Shown: positions 39,970 to 48,944 of the stretch, in pieces
Layout of the letters: each line of letters starts with the position of its first letter
Position numbering within the stretch: the stretch's first letter is position 1
DNA from: an uncultured Candidatus Cloacimonadota bacterium
GTDB taxonomy: Bacteria; Cloacimonadota; Cloacimonadia; Cloacimonadales; JAJBBL01
DNA length: 64,000 bases
Assembly (NCBI GenBank): GCA_964490765.1
Contig: CAZBDV010000010.1
Span: 2,451 to 66,450 of the forward strand
Reading direction: 5' to 3'
Notes under the pieces: model-generated
What the model was told of the DNA's origin: nothing
Database searches by the model: none
What the model saw: the letters and a program-made list of their open reading frames with translations, nothing else
Translations under genes and position numbers: made by a program

Positions 39970-40140
39970 AACAAGAATTTCCAACAGGTTCCACTCTATA
40001 TTTTATTGACAAAGAGTTAAAGACATATAGCATTGCATAACAACAGTGAAAGTGAAAGCGGTTACAGAGAAAGCAGCTAACAGGGTTGTCTGAAGTACTT
40101 GGAATAAGCACTTGGAATAACAATAAGAGGAGGTAACAAT

Positions 40141-42405
40141 ATGTCAGGTATAAGAGGTATCTTTACCGGTTTGTTAGTCTTAGGATTTTTCGCCATGGTC
40201 TCTCCAATCTTTTCTCAGAGTCTGGAGATAGAGGGCTGGGGGAGAGATAATTATGGCCAGATTACAGATATACCAGATGGGTCCGATTTTGTTTCGATAG
40301 CCTCGGGAGGAGATCATAGTGTGGCTATCAGACAGGACGGCAGCCTGGTGGCCTGGGGGTATAATGTCTATGGTGAATGTAATGTACCTGCAGGTTTCGA
40401 TTATGTAAAGGTCTCGGTAGGAAGAAACCACAGCATAGCGTTAAAAGAGGATAACACTATAGTTGCCTGGGGTAGAGATTGGAATGACGTACTGGCAGTG
40501 CCTGCCGGCAATGACTTTGTTGATATTTCGGCCGGTTATCAGCACAATCTTGCTCTGAGAGATGACGGTAGTATCGTGGGCTGGGGCAATAACAATTATG
40601 GCCAGGTCACTGTTCCTTTCGGGAATGATTATGTAGCGGTAGAGGCTGGTGGATATCACAGTGTAGCACTCCGTGAGAATGGGACTATTACCGCCTGGGG
40701 AAGGAACTGGCATAATGTTTTGAATGTTCCTGCCGGTAATGATTTTGTCGCTATCAGTGCCGGTTATTATCAGAGCATGGCTTTGAGGGAGAATGGTACA
40801 GTAGTAGTCTGGGGAAGTGACGAAGATGACCAGGTAAGTCATACACCAACAACTTCCGATTTTGTTGCTGTATCTGCTACAGGTAATGCTCACTGTATAG
40901 CATTAAGAGAGGATGGCAGTGTTATAGCCTGGGGTGCAGGAGAAGAGGGTGAAGATGGCTTATGGGATCATGGACAGAGTATCTATCCCGATGGGAATGA
41001 TTTTGTTGCCATTGCTGCTGGCAGATTACACAGCCTTGCACTCGTAATGACCGAGCCCCCTTCCGAATACACCCTTACTATTGGAGTTGAGGGAAACGGA
41101 ACAACCGATCCTGAACCGGGAGAGTATGACTATGATGTCGGTACTGAAGTTTTAATCACAGCATACGCTCAAGAAGGATGGGAGTTTGACAGATGGGTGA
41201 TCAATGGCGACGATGTTTTTGAAAATCCCCATACTTTGATAATGAATTCCAACATAACAGCAATAGCCCACTTTGTTCCTGCTGAATATAGCCTTGTAAT
41301 CGAGGTTGAAGGTGAGGGCACAACAGATCCGGAACCGGGTGAATACTTCTACATGGCGGGAGAAGAGGTTGAAGTAACAGCAATCGCTGATGAGTACTGG
41401 TATTTCTGGATGTGGGTTATCGATGATGATTCTTTCTTCGAAAATCCTCATACAGTGCTAATAGATGATGATGTTACTATAGTAGCGCACTTTTTACCTT
41501 TACCACCTCCACAGAATCTCTTTGCACTGGCAGGAGATGGCGTTGTCTGGTTGGAATGGGAATATCCCGACCTACCTGTCGATTTGCACTGTAATTCCAC
41601 GCCTATCGCAGTGGAGCAAACATACAAACGGGAGTTAGCAGAAAGGCAAGATTTTCAGGGCTTCAATCTCTACCGGGATGGTGTGCAGTTGAATACGGAA
41701 CTTTTGACAGAAAACGAATACGAAGATTCTGGTCTCGAGAATGGAGTTACTTATCTCTATTATGTAACAGCAGTTTATGCAGAGGGTGAGTCAGCCCAGT
41801 CCAATGAAGTGGAAGCCACTCCGGAAGAGTTGCTTCTTCCTCCTCCGACAGGTTTGGAAGTGGAAATGTTAGAAGATACTGTGACCCTGTCCTGGATAGA
41901 ACCTGATCATGGTGATCTAATCTTGACCGGGTATAATGCCTATCGTGACGATGTCATGATCAACTCTGAACTGATTGAGGAGACAAATTTCCCGGATACA
42001 AATTTCATTCCGGAACCAGGTGTTATCTATGAATACTATGTAACAGCCGTTTATCTCGATGGAGAGTCTGATCCTTCTGAGGTAGTGGAGTTTATGATAA
42101 CCGGTTTGGAAGATGATCTGGTTTCTGCAAGAACAGCCCTTCTGGGAAATTATCCCAATCCCTTCAATCCCCGGACAGCTATCTCTTTCAGTCTTGCTGA
42201 ACCTGGACCTGTCAGGATAGAGATCTTCAACAGCAGAGGTCAAAAGTTAAGAGAGCTGGTAGATAGTTATTACGATAGTGGTGAGTACAGTATAATCTGG
42301 GATGGGACAGGCGATAACAACCAGCAGGTTGGTAGTGGCATCTATATCTACAGAATGATCAGTAATAATTATCAGGAAACCCGTAAAATGATAATGTTGA
42401 AATAG
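40141..42405 (+). CDS. Secreted RCC1-repeat beta-propeller protein with InlB-B-repeat-like and Fn3-like modules and a T9SS C-terminal sorting domain
   Basis: About 7 repeats of the type DFV.I.AG..HS.AL..DG..V.WG.N.YGQ. Two YTLTI/YSLVIEVEG.GTTDPEPGEY...W.F..WVI modules. C-terminus YPNPFNPRTAISFSL...SGIYIYRM...TRKMIMLK. Confidence 0.85.
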   Translation: MSGIRGIFTGLLVLGFFAMVSPIFSQSLEIEGWGRDNYGQITDIPDGSDFVSIASGGDHSVAIRQDGSLVAWGYNVYGECNVPAGFDYVKVSVGRNHSIALKEDNTIVAWGRDWNDVLAVPAGNDFVDISAGYQHNLALRDDGSIVGWGNNNYGQVTVPFGNDYVAVEAGGYHSVALRENGTITAWGRNWHNVLNVPAGNDFVAISAGYYQSMALRENGTVVVWGSDEDDQVSHTPTTSDFVAVSATGNAHCIALREDGSVIAWGAGEEGEDGLWDHGQSIYPDGNDFVAIAAGRLHSLALVMTEPPSEYTLTIGVEGNGTTDPEPGEYDYDVGTEVLITAYAQEGWEFDRWVINGDDVFENPHTLIMNSNITAIAHFVPAEYSLVIEVEGEGTTDPEPGEYFYMAGEEVEVTAIADEYWYFWMWVIDDDSFFENPHTVLIDDDVTIVAHFLPLPPPQNLFALAGDGVVWLEWEYPDLPVDLHCNSTPIAVEQTYKRELAERQDFQGFNLYRDGVQLNTELLTENEYEDSGLENGVTYLYYVTAVYAEGESAQSNEVEATPEELLLPPPTGLEVEMLEDTVTLSWIEPDHGDLILTGYNAYRDDVMINSELIEETNFPDTNFIPEPGVIYEYYVTAVYLDGESDPSEVVEFMITGLEDDLVSARTALLGNYPNPFNPRTAISFSLAEPGPVRIEIFNSRGQKLRELVDSYYDSGEYSIIWDGTGDNNQQVGSGIYIYRMISNNYQETRKMIMLK

Positions 42406-42417
42406 AATTGTAATCAA

Positions 42418-42449
42418 GGTCCCGGAGCTAATTCAATAGCTCCGGGACC
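42418..42449. terminator. Strong hairpin between convergent genes (no U-tract)
   Basis: GGTCCCGGAGCTA attcaa TAGCTCCGGGACC, a 13-bp perfect stem. Confidence 0.5.
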
Positions 42450-42467
42450 TATAGATTAGCAAGTTGA

Positions 42468-42970
42468 TTATTTTATCGGAACATATATATCTATAATCCG
42501 CATCTCTCTATCCAGACAGTAGGGTTCATCATACCACTCCATTTCGAATCCCTTTTCCTGATCGTATTCTAGGCCTGCTTTACCCATCTCCCTGAAAGTA
42601 AGGTCGTGAGCCTGCGTAAATATGTCCGGTTCTTTACCTTCGATGGTGGCAACCGCAAATCTGGAAGCAGGGATATGGACTTCAGTTAAATCCCCGGGTA
42701 CTTCAGTATCAGTTGTTGCAATGATTGCAATGAGATATCGAAAAGAGTTGTCCTGCGGATTGAAATCGCCACACCAGCCAATCATTACGTTGGGCTCAGT
42801 TCTTCCCGGAAGTTTTTCCAGTCTTTCGATCGTTCCGTCAGAAAAGCATTTATCCCAGAACGGAGGGATGGGATTATCGGCCCCATCAAAAATAGCCGCC
42901 TAATATCTTTACCGATTAATTTGCATTCACTCAGTTCTCTGGTTTTAAACTCTGTCAATTTAGCCATCAC
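42468..42970 (-). pseudogene. GyrI-like small-molecule-binding domain protein, split by a 1-nt frameshift
   Basis: The N-terminal ORF (MAKLTEFKTRELSECKLIGKDIR...) and the C-terminal ORF (...IGWCGDFNPQDNSFRYLIAI...WYDEPY...IDIYVPIK) are in different frames. The C-terminal frame reads AAIFDGADNPIPPFWDKCFSDGTIERLEKL back to a TAG at 42900-42902. Joined, they form one typical GyrI-like protein of about 165 aa. Confidence 0.7.
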
Positions 42971-42992
42971 CTCTTACAACTCCATGATATTT

Positions 42993-43313
42993 TCATAGTA
43001 TTGTTTTTGCTATTGCCGGGATAGGAATCTCTGGTTCCGGGTACCACTTTTGCAGAGCGATATTAATCCATTCCTTCGATGTCTCTAGCTCTCTGATTAT
43101 CAGATAGTTCTGATCTTCTGTTTTCTGCACTTCATACTTCAGAATCCGGACCGTCAGAGGAGTGGCTTCTCCCACCAGTTGAATATTGAGGGTGATGTAA
43201 CGGTTGGCTGAATCGAGTTTCAGGTCGATTATTTTTCCCAGATCTGAGAGATAAGAATTGATGACAGGCTTGAGAATGCTTGTAACTAAATTGTCCTTCA
43301 ATTTCTGCAACAT
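42993..43313 (-). CDS. Hypothetical protein
   Basis: 106-aa ORF, tightly packed with neighbours. No motif recognised. Confidence 0.5.
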   Translation of the reverse strand: MLQKLKDNLVTSILKPVINSYLSDLGKIIDLKLDSANRYITLNIQLVGEATPLTVRILKYEVQKTEDQNYLIIRELETSKEWINIALQKWYPEPEIPIPAIAKTIL

Positions 43314-43357
43314 AACCCCTCCTGCCCCCTAAAGGCTGAATAATAAGCTGCTCTTAT

Positions 43358-43627
43358 TTACTCTACTGCCATCTGTACAATAGTGAAGAGAGTTACTAAG
43401 AGTCCGATAGACAGAAACATCAATGGTGTATCCAGTATATTGAAGTATGCTGAAATAAATGTCCAGATTCCAAGCAGTGCCACAATATAACCGGGCCATT
43501 TCCTGTATAACAGCCCGAGTAAAAAAAATAGCACCCCGAAGACCACAGGATATGCAGGTATTGTCATCCCGGGAATTCCGGAAAGGAATAGCCACAGGCC
43601 AAGAAAAATGTTAAACCAGGTCCACAT
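43358..43627 (-). CDS. Small hydrophobic membrane protein
   Basis: 89 aa with three hydrophobic helices. Preferred over the overlapping 43329..43595 ORF, which has no membrane or fold logic. Confidence 0.5.
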   Translation of the reverse strand: MWTWFNIFLGLWLFLSGIPGMTIPAYPVVFGVLFFLLGLLYRKWPGYIVALLGIWTFISAYFNILDTPLMFLSIGLLVTLFTIVQMAVE

Positions 43628-43784
43628 ATTGCCTCCATAACACCCGATTTTCGGGTTGGTTTCTGTCTATTCCGGGATCCATCAAGTTTCGACTCACTTT
43701 AATACTTAAGTATAGACATTTTATAGATAACAATTGGAGATTTACTGTCAAGAAAAAAAGGATTTACACGACTGAAGTTATTCC

Positions 43785-43820
43785 AAAAAATAAAAAGGGT
43801 AACCGATCGGTTACCCTTTT
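43785..43820 (-). terminator. Rho-independent terminator after the 674-aa cargo gene
   Basis: Palindrome AAGGGTAACCG at CGGTTACCCTT followed on the minus strand by TTTTTATTTTTT. Confidence 0.7.
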
Positions 43821-43837
43821 CAATTTTCTTATGATGC

Positions 43838-45862
43838 TTATTTGAGAAGCATCATCTTACTATATAAGTCTCTTTCGGAGGTTTGCATACGAGAGAAATA
43901 GAGTCCTGAGGGGAGAAGATTGCCCTCCTGATCTTTCCCATCCCAGAGAACTTCGTATCTACCGGCTTCTTTATATTCATTGACCAGTATTTTCACCCTC
44001 TGTCCGCGGATATTATAGATAGTAATATTGACCGGAGTGTTCTCTTTAAGATCGTAAGAGATAACCGTTTCCGGGTTAAACGGGTTCGGTCTGGCCGAGT
44101 AAAGACGGGTATCCGAAATGAGGTGCTGATCATCATCTACTCCGGTAGTAATGATAGTATATTCTACTTCTGTGGTCGGACTTGCCTGCCAATCTTCATG
44201 GAAAGTTTTCGCCCTCAGTAGAACAGTCTCATCAATCAAGATCGGTATCTCATACAGAGTTGAGTTCTCTGTCGGTTCCTCTCCATTTAAGGTATAGTGG
44301 ATATTCCCGATCCCGTTCGGTGAAGTAAGATTAACATAGACAAAATTCTCATACTCGCCACCCGGTGGGTCAACTTCCGGAGCCGGTAACTGATCAAGGA
44401 CCGTAACATTGATTAAATTTGAAGATCCGGATTCTCCCAGATCCTGGTATACGGCAGTTACGTAGTATGAGTAGTCACCCGGGAAGAGATTGATATCCAT
44501 GTAATCGTTCGTATCCAGTAGTTCATCGTTGATAATCTCATAAGGTCCGGTTCCAAAAGTCTGTCTCCAGACATTAAAACCTTCCAGGACAATATCCTCA
44601 AGTTCAGGGGGGATAATGGGACTATCCCAGTTCAGGACTGCATTGAAGCCTTCGATGTTAACCTCTAGATTTAAGGGAACAGGAAGAACAATCTGATATG
44701 GTGCACCTCTGTGAACTATTCCATACTGGATACCACCGTCAAATGAAACGTTTTTTTTCAGGAGTTGAAAGCCACCTGAGTGATCGAGAAGCAGGGTAGG
44801 ATTTTCCCATATGTCTGTTCCGAAAGGATTACTTAATTCCCAGGTATCATTTGCATTATGGCTGTAGTAGATCAAACCAGTAGCAAAATTACCATCCACC
44901 TCTACCATTACTATATGAACATTTCCTTCCGGATCGACCACGATTGTTGGGTCAACCAGGGACAATGTCCCACTAACGAGTTCTGGAGCAGTCCAGATCA
45001 GGCTGTTTATATGACGTCTGCTGTAGTATGTCCTCCAGGGAAAGCCAAAGCCATCCTGGCCGGAATGGGCAAGATGTATTGTATTATCTATGATTTGGAT
45101 CGCAGAGGCGAGGTCATTAGCATTGGGTGTGTTGATTATCTCATAATTCCAGTCGAATTCTCCAGCCTCTTCATTCTGAGCGATATGGATATGATATTCA
45201 CCATACGTTCCTCCTCGATAGGCGATAGCTGTTATGCCACTCGTATCCACAGCGATAACAGGTTCCGCTCCCAGGCCAAATTCTCCCAGCCAGCTTTCCA
45301 TCAGGACATCGTGAGACCAGTTGCCGTTATAATCGGTTATATAAATCAATTTAGGTTCATCTGCCATATTTGATGTAATACCAACTATATGAACCTTACC
45401 CTGAGTGTCGATTGTAGCATCTATATAAGCGATATTACTCGTTCCAGTAGATATACTCTCTGTTGTCCAGTCTCCCGTTTCTTCCCGACTGACTTCATAG
45501 AGGGAGCCTCCACTGGCAGCGTAGAATTTGATTTCATTCTGATATGGATCCAGGATCAGAGCCATATCAATTGTATATCCAAAATCGGTTGTTATCAGTT
45601 CCGGGACTGACCATTCATCAGCGGTATTACGGTTAATATAATAGAGATTGAAGTTGTCTCCATCTTCCTGCCCGAATATAATGTGTATAGTGTTATCAGA
45701 ACTGATCTGTATAGACCGCTTTGCGATAGATTTGTTTACACTGTTACCACTAATCTCTGTCGTAATTGTATTATCCCAATCCGGTACCTGCGCCATCAGG
45801 ATATTGGCGAGAGCAACTAATATAGTTGCTGTTATAACTATAAGATACTTTCTTCCAGTCAT
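43838..45862 (-). CDS. Secreted beta-propeller-like protein with Fn3-like and chitobiase-C-like modules and a T9SS C-terminal sorting domain
   Basis: Signal peptide. Recurrent ...G..HI(V/A).. blade-like repeats. IHYTLNGEEPTENS module. C-terminus RPNPFNPETVISYDL...SGLYFSRM...YSKMMLLK. Confidence 0.8.
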   Translation of the reverse strand: MTGRKYLIVITATILVALANILMAQVPDWDNTITTEISGNSVNKSIAKRSIQISSDNTIHIIFGQEDGDNFNLYYINRNTADEWSVPELITTDFGYTIDMALILDPYQNEIKFYAASGGSLYEVSREETGDWTTESISTGTSNIAYIDATIDTQGKVHIVGITSNMADEPKLIYITDYNGNWSHDVLMESWLGEFGLGAEPVIAVDTSGITAIAYRGGTYGEYHIHIAQNEEAGEFDWNYEIINTPNANDLASAIQIIDNTIHLAHSGQDGFGFPWRTYYSRRHINSLIWTAPELVSGTLSLVDPTIVVDPEGNVHIVMVEVDGNFATGLIYYSHNANDTWELSNPFGTDIWENPTLLLDHSGGFQLLKKNVSFDGGIQYGIVHRGAPYQIVLPVPLNLEVNIEGFNAVLNWDSPIIPPELEDIVLEGFNVWRQTFGTGPYEIINDELLDTNDYMDINLFPGDYSYYVTAVYQDLGESGSSNLINVTVLDQLPAPEVDPPGGEYENFVYVNLTSPNGIGNIHYTLNGEEPTENSTLYEIPILIDETVLLRAKTFHEDWQASPTTEVEYTIITTGVDDDQHLISDTRLYSARPNPFNPETVISYDLKENTPVNITIYNIRGQRVKILVNEYKEAGRYEVLWDGKDQEGNLLPSGLYFSRMQTSERDLYSKMMLLK

Positions 45863-45920
45863 GTTTATAACCTCCTCTGGTTACAATTGATTTTTTACAT
45901 TGATGAGTATCTATGACAAT

Positions 45921-45936
45921 TGCAATAATCATTCCA
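45921..45936 (-). promoter_or_regulatory. Candidate sigma-54 (-24/-12) promoter for the 674-aa cargo gene
   Basis: Minus strand reads TGGAATgattaTTGCA. GG and GC are at the exact consensus spacing and the TTGCA -12 box is complete. It lies 59 nt upstream of the ATG at 45862. Confidence 0.4.
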
Positions 45937-46399
45937 AAAGTATGCATAAGCTCTATCTGAAATAGAACACGTAGATATCGTACTTTACTGTTACATCAAT
46001 AGCGTGCAAGCTAATAGAATATAACTACCATATATTATACTTGTTCACTTAACATGAGGCACCCAATAATGGTAAAAAACTAACCGGAGGATGTTTATTA
46101 GCCGGGCATTTATCAACCGGTGAGCAACATACACGCTAAAACATTGCTTTTGGTGGGAGGCATGAACCGCTTGATCTGCTTCTGGCTGTATCCTGTCGAA
46201 GAGACAAAGAAACGTAAGAGGGAGTAATGATTAATTAACGGGGTAGAAATAGATCGCTGAAAAAAAGAATCTGATCAGGTAGAGAAAAAGCTTTACTTAA
46301 GAATCATACTTCAGTTTATGGTAAAAAATAATAAGAAGGGATATTTTCCAGAGATATTTCAGTTATAGTAAGGAAGAGGAATATAACGGAGGCTAATCA

Positions 46400-48655
46400 A
46401 TGTTTAGATCTTCCCAGATATTAGTCCTGCTGGGGCTTCTACTACTTACAGGGAATTTAATGTCTCAAGCTGCATCAGGTAGTGATCTGATACTTGAGAT
46501 ACGTGTTACAGGAAATGTAAATATCGAATCGGAGTTAATAATAGCTACTTCGAACATCTCTATTGGCCAGACGGCAACTGAAGATCGTGTAGCGGGAGCG
46601 ATCAGAAATCTTAACCAACTGGGAGTCTTTCACGATATTCAGATTCGCAGAGAACGGTTATCTGGTGGTATAAGACTGCTCATAGAGGTGGATGAGTATC
46701 CGATAATAGAATCATTGGAGTATGATGGTAACAGGCGAATCCGTAACAGCAAGCTCGATGAGATCTTGACTATCAGGGAAGGGAACTATATGGCCCCCTT
46801 CTTGTTATCAGAGAATCGGAAGCGTATTTTGAATGAATATAAAAGTGTGGGGTATAATTTTGCTGCTATCGATTATGAGATAAAAGAGTTAACAGGAAAC
46901 AGGGTAGAATTGATTATCCTGATCGATGAAGGTGAGAAGGTAGCGGTTAGAAAGATAAATTTTTATGGCAACAGAGAGATGACAGATCGGCAGCTTCTAA
47001 GAAGAATGAAGACAAAACGGGCAAGTCTTCTTCGTTCTGGACGTTTCGAGCAAGAGAAATTCGATGAGGACTTGAAATCGATTATCAGTCATTACAATGA
47101 TAATGGTTTCATCGATGCCAGGATAGTATCCTGGGAGACGAGAGTTCCCGAAAGCCGTGATATGCATATTGACATCTATCTCTATGAGGGGCGACGGTTC
47201 TACTTTGGTGATGTTATGGTACGGGGAAATGATCGTTTTACAGATGATGTTTTACTGGAGAAATTCGATTTTGATGATGAGGAGAGCTTCAATCTGGATA
47301 AATTCAACTCTCAGGTCGGACAGGTTGCTTCTATGTATTATGAGGAAGGTTATATCTATGCCGGCTTTGATCATGAGTTGATCAGGGATGGTAACCGTAT
47401 CAATATCGAACTCGAGGTCAATGAAAATACCCGGGCAAAGATAAGAAAGATCTTTATTGCCGGAAACAGAAGAACTAAAGAAAAAATTATCCGCAGGCAG
47501 CTTGCCATTAATCCCGGCGATTATTTCCGCCAGTCTCGTGTGATAAGGACTCAGCAGAATATTTATAATATGGGTTTCTTTGAACCCAATATAAGACTGG
47601 ATTATCAACCGATTAACAGTAATGGTGATATAGACCTGCTTATAGAACTGGAAGACAGGTATTCTGGTTCAGCTAATGCTGGTGTAGGTTATAACAGTCA
47701 GGACGGCTTTATCGGGCAATTGAGCCTTTCACACAACAATCTCTTTGGTAATGCCTGGCAGGGTGCCTTTTCCTGGGAGTTTGGCGGTTCAACACAGAAC
47801 TTTTCCTTAGATTTCACCGACCCCTATTTCCTCGACAGCTATACTCTGGTTGGTTTCAATCTCTATCATGCCAGAAGAGACTGGTCCTCATTCAACTATA
47901 AAGTCTTCACCACAGGTGGTAGCCTACGTGCCGGCAGGTCACTGTTTTTTATCGACCATTCTAGGCTGGTAGGAAGATATTCCTATAACAGAAAGAAATA
48001 TGAGATCATTAATCATGACGATCCTACAACTTCCTCCTACCTGAAAGAACTCGACAGTCTCGGGTGGAGAGACACGAGTTCCTTCTCTCTCACTTTCAGC
48101 AGAGATAGCAGAGATAACATATACTATCCAACGACCGGATCGCATCTGATACTATTCTCCGAACTTGCAGGTGGCCCGTTTGGTGGTGATTTCGATTATT
48201 TTAAACAGATTCTGCAATCTACCTGGTATACCAGGACTTTCTGGAAACTGGTTCTTCGCTCCAAGTGGCGGTTTGGTTACGTAACACCTTACGGCAGATC
48301 TGATGAGGTACCACCGGACGAAAGATTCTATCTCGGTGGAACGGGACCCGACGGTCTGAGAGGTTGGGTAGAACGTTCCATTCCCGCCAGATCAGCAGAA
48401 GGGGGCTTAAGAGCTATTATCCATTCCACAGAATTTACCGTCCCCATCGCCGGTGACCAGATTATCGGACTGTTGTTCTTCGATGCCGGCAACAGTTTCA
48501 ATAAATTGGAAGATTTCAACTTCTACGATTTCAAGAAAGGTGCCGGACTCGGAATTAGGATTCATAGCCCTCTCGGCCTGATTGGTTTTGATTACGGTTA
48601 TAACATAGACCAGAAAGAGTGGGAACCTCATTTCCAGTTCGGAGCGACTTTTTAA
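46400..48655 (+). CDS. bamA: Outer-membrane protein assembly factor BamA (Omp85 family)
   Basis: Signal peptide, five POTRA-like repeats (e.g. IEVDEYPIIESLEYDGN, KINFYGNREM, DVMVRGNDRF, KIFIAGNRRT), C-terminal barrel ending HFQFGATF. Confidence 0.9.
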   Translation: MFRSSQILVLLGLLLLTGNLMSQAASGSDLILEIRVTGNVNIESELIIATSNISIGQTATEDRVAGAIRNLNQLGVFHDIQIRRERLSGGIRLLIEVDEYPIIESLEYDGNRRIRNSKLDEILTIREGNYMAPFLLSENRKRILNEYKSVGYNFAAIDYEIKELTGNRVELIILIDEGEKVAVRKINFYGNREMTDRQLLRRMKTKRASLLRSGRFEQEKFDEDLKSIISHYNDNGFIDARIVSWETRVPESRDMHIDIYLYEGRRFYFGDVMVRGNDRFTDDVLLEKFDFDDEESFNLDKFNSQVGQVASMYYEEGYIYAGFDHELIRDGNRINIELEVNENTRAKIRKIFIAGNRRTKEKIIRRQLAINPGDYFRQSRVIRTQQNIYNMGFFEPNIRLDYQPINSNGDIDLLIELEDRYSGSANAGVGYNSQDGFIGQLSLSHNNLFGNAWQGAFSWEFGGSTQNFSLDFTDPYFLDSYTLVGFNLYHARRDWSSFNYKVFTTGGSLRAGRSLFFIDHSRLVGRYSYNRKKYEIINHDDPTTSSYLKELDSLGWRDTSSFSLTFSRDSRDNIYYPTTGSHLILFSELAGGPFGGDFDYFKQILQSTWYTRTFWKLVLRSKWRFGYVTPYGRSDEVPPDERFYLGGTGPDGLRGWVERSIPARSAEGGLRAIIHSTEFTVPIAGDQIIGLLFFDAGNSFNKLEDFNFYDFKKGAGLGIRIHSPLGLIGFDYGYNIDQKEWEPHFQFGATF

Positions 48656-48773
48656 AGAGACATACAAGTCGACAAAACCTCTTCAGTAGAAGGATTTACC
48701 TCACCGGCCGATAAAAATAGTGAAAAAGTCTTGACCGAAAGAGGAGGATTTAAAAGATTACCTTCGACTGTGA

Positions 48774-48852
48774 CGGGGTGTAGCGCAGCTCGGTTTAGCG
48801 CGCTTGATTTGGGATCAAGAAGTCGGAGGTTCAAATCCTCTCACCCCGACCA
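48774..48852 (+). tRNA. tRNA-Pro: tRNA-Pro (anticodon UGG), CCA encoded
   Basis: Acceptor CGGGGTG/CACCCCG. Anticodon stem CTTGA/TCAAG with loop TTTGGGA. T-arm GGAGGTTCAAATCCTC. Confidence 0.92.
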
Positions 48853-48868
48853 TGAAAACCGGAAATGC

Positions 48869-48944
48869 GGGCGTTTAGCTCAGTTGGGAGAGCGCTTGCC
48901 TTACAAGCAAGATGTCGGCGGTTCAAGTCCGTCAACGCCCACCA
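48869..48944 (+). tRNA. tRNA-Val: tRNA-Val (anticodon UAC), CCA encoded
   Basis: Acceptor GGGCGTT/AACGCCC. Anticodon stem CTTGC/GCAAG with loop CTTACAA. T-arm GGCGGTTCAAGTCCGTC. Confidence 0.92.

Noticed and set aside
43329-43595. Alternative 88-aa ORF overlapping the small membrane protein gene
   Set aside because: It overlaps 43358..43627 on the same strand in another frame. The latter gives three clean hydrophobic helices and this one gives no coherent pattern.
45863-46399. Structured ncRNA (tmRNA, RNase P, SRP, 6S) or a small CDS in the 537-bp bamA upstream region
   Set aside because: None of the signature sequences I know is present: the tmRNA tRNA-like ends, the RNase P GAGGAAAGUCC motif or the SRP GGAA/AGCA loop. 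The small ORFs lack properly spaced RBSs. A covariance-model scan is still worthwhile.
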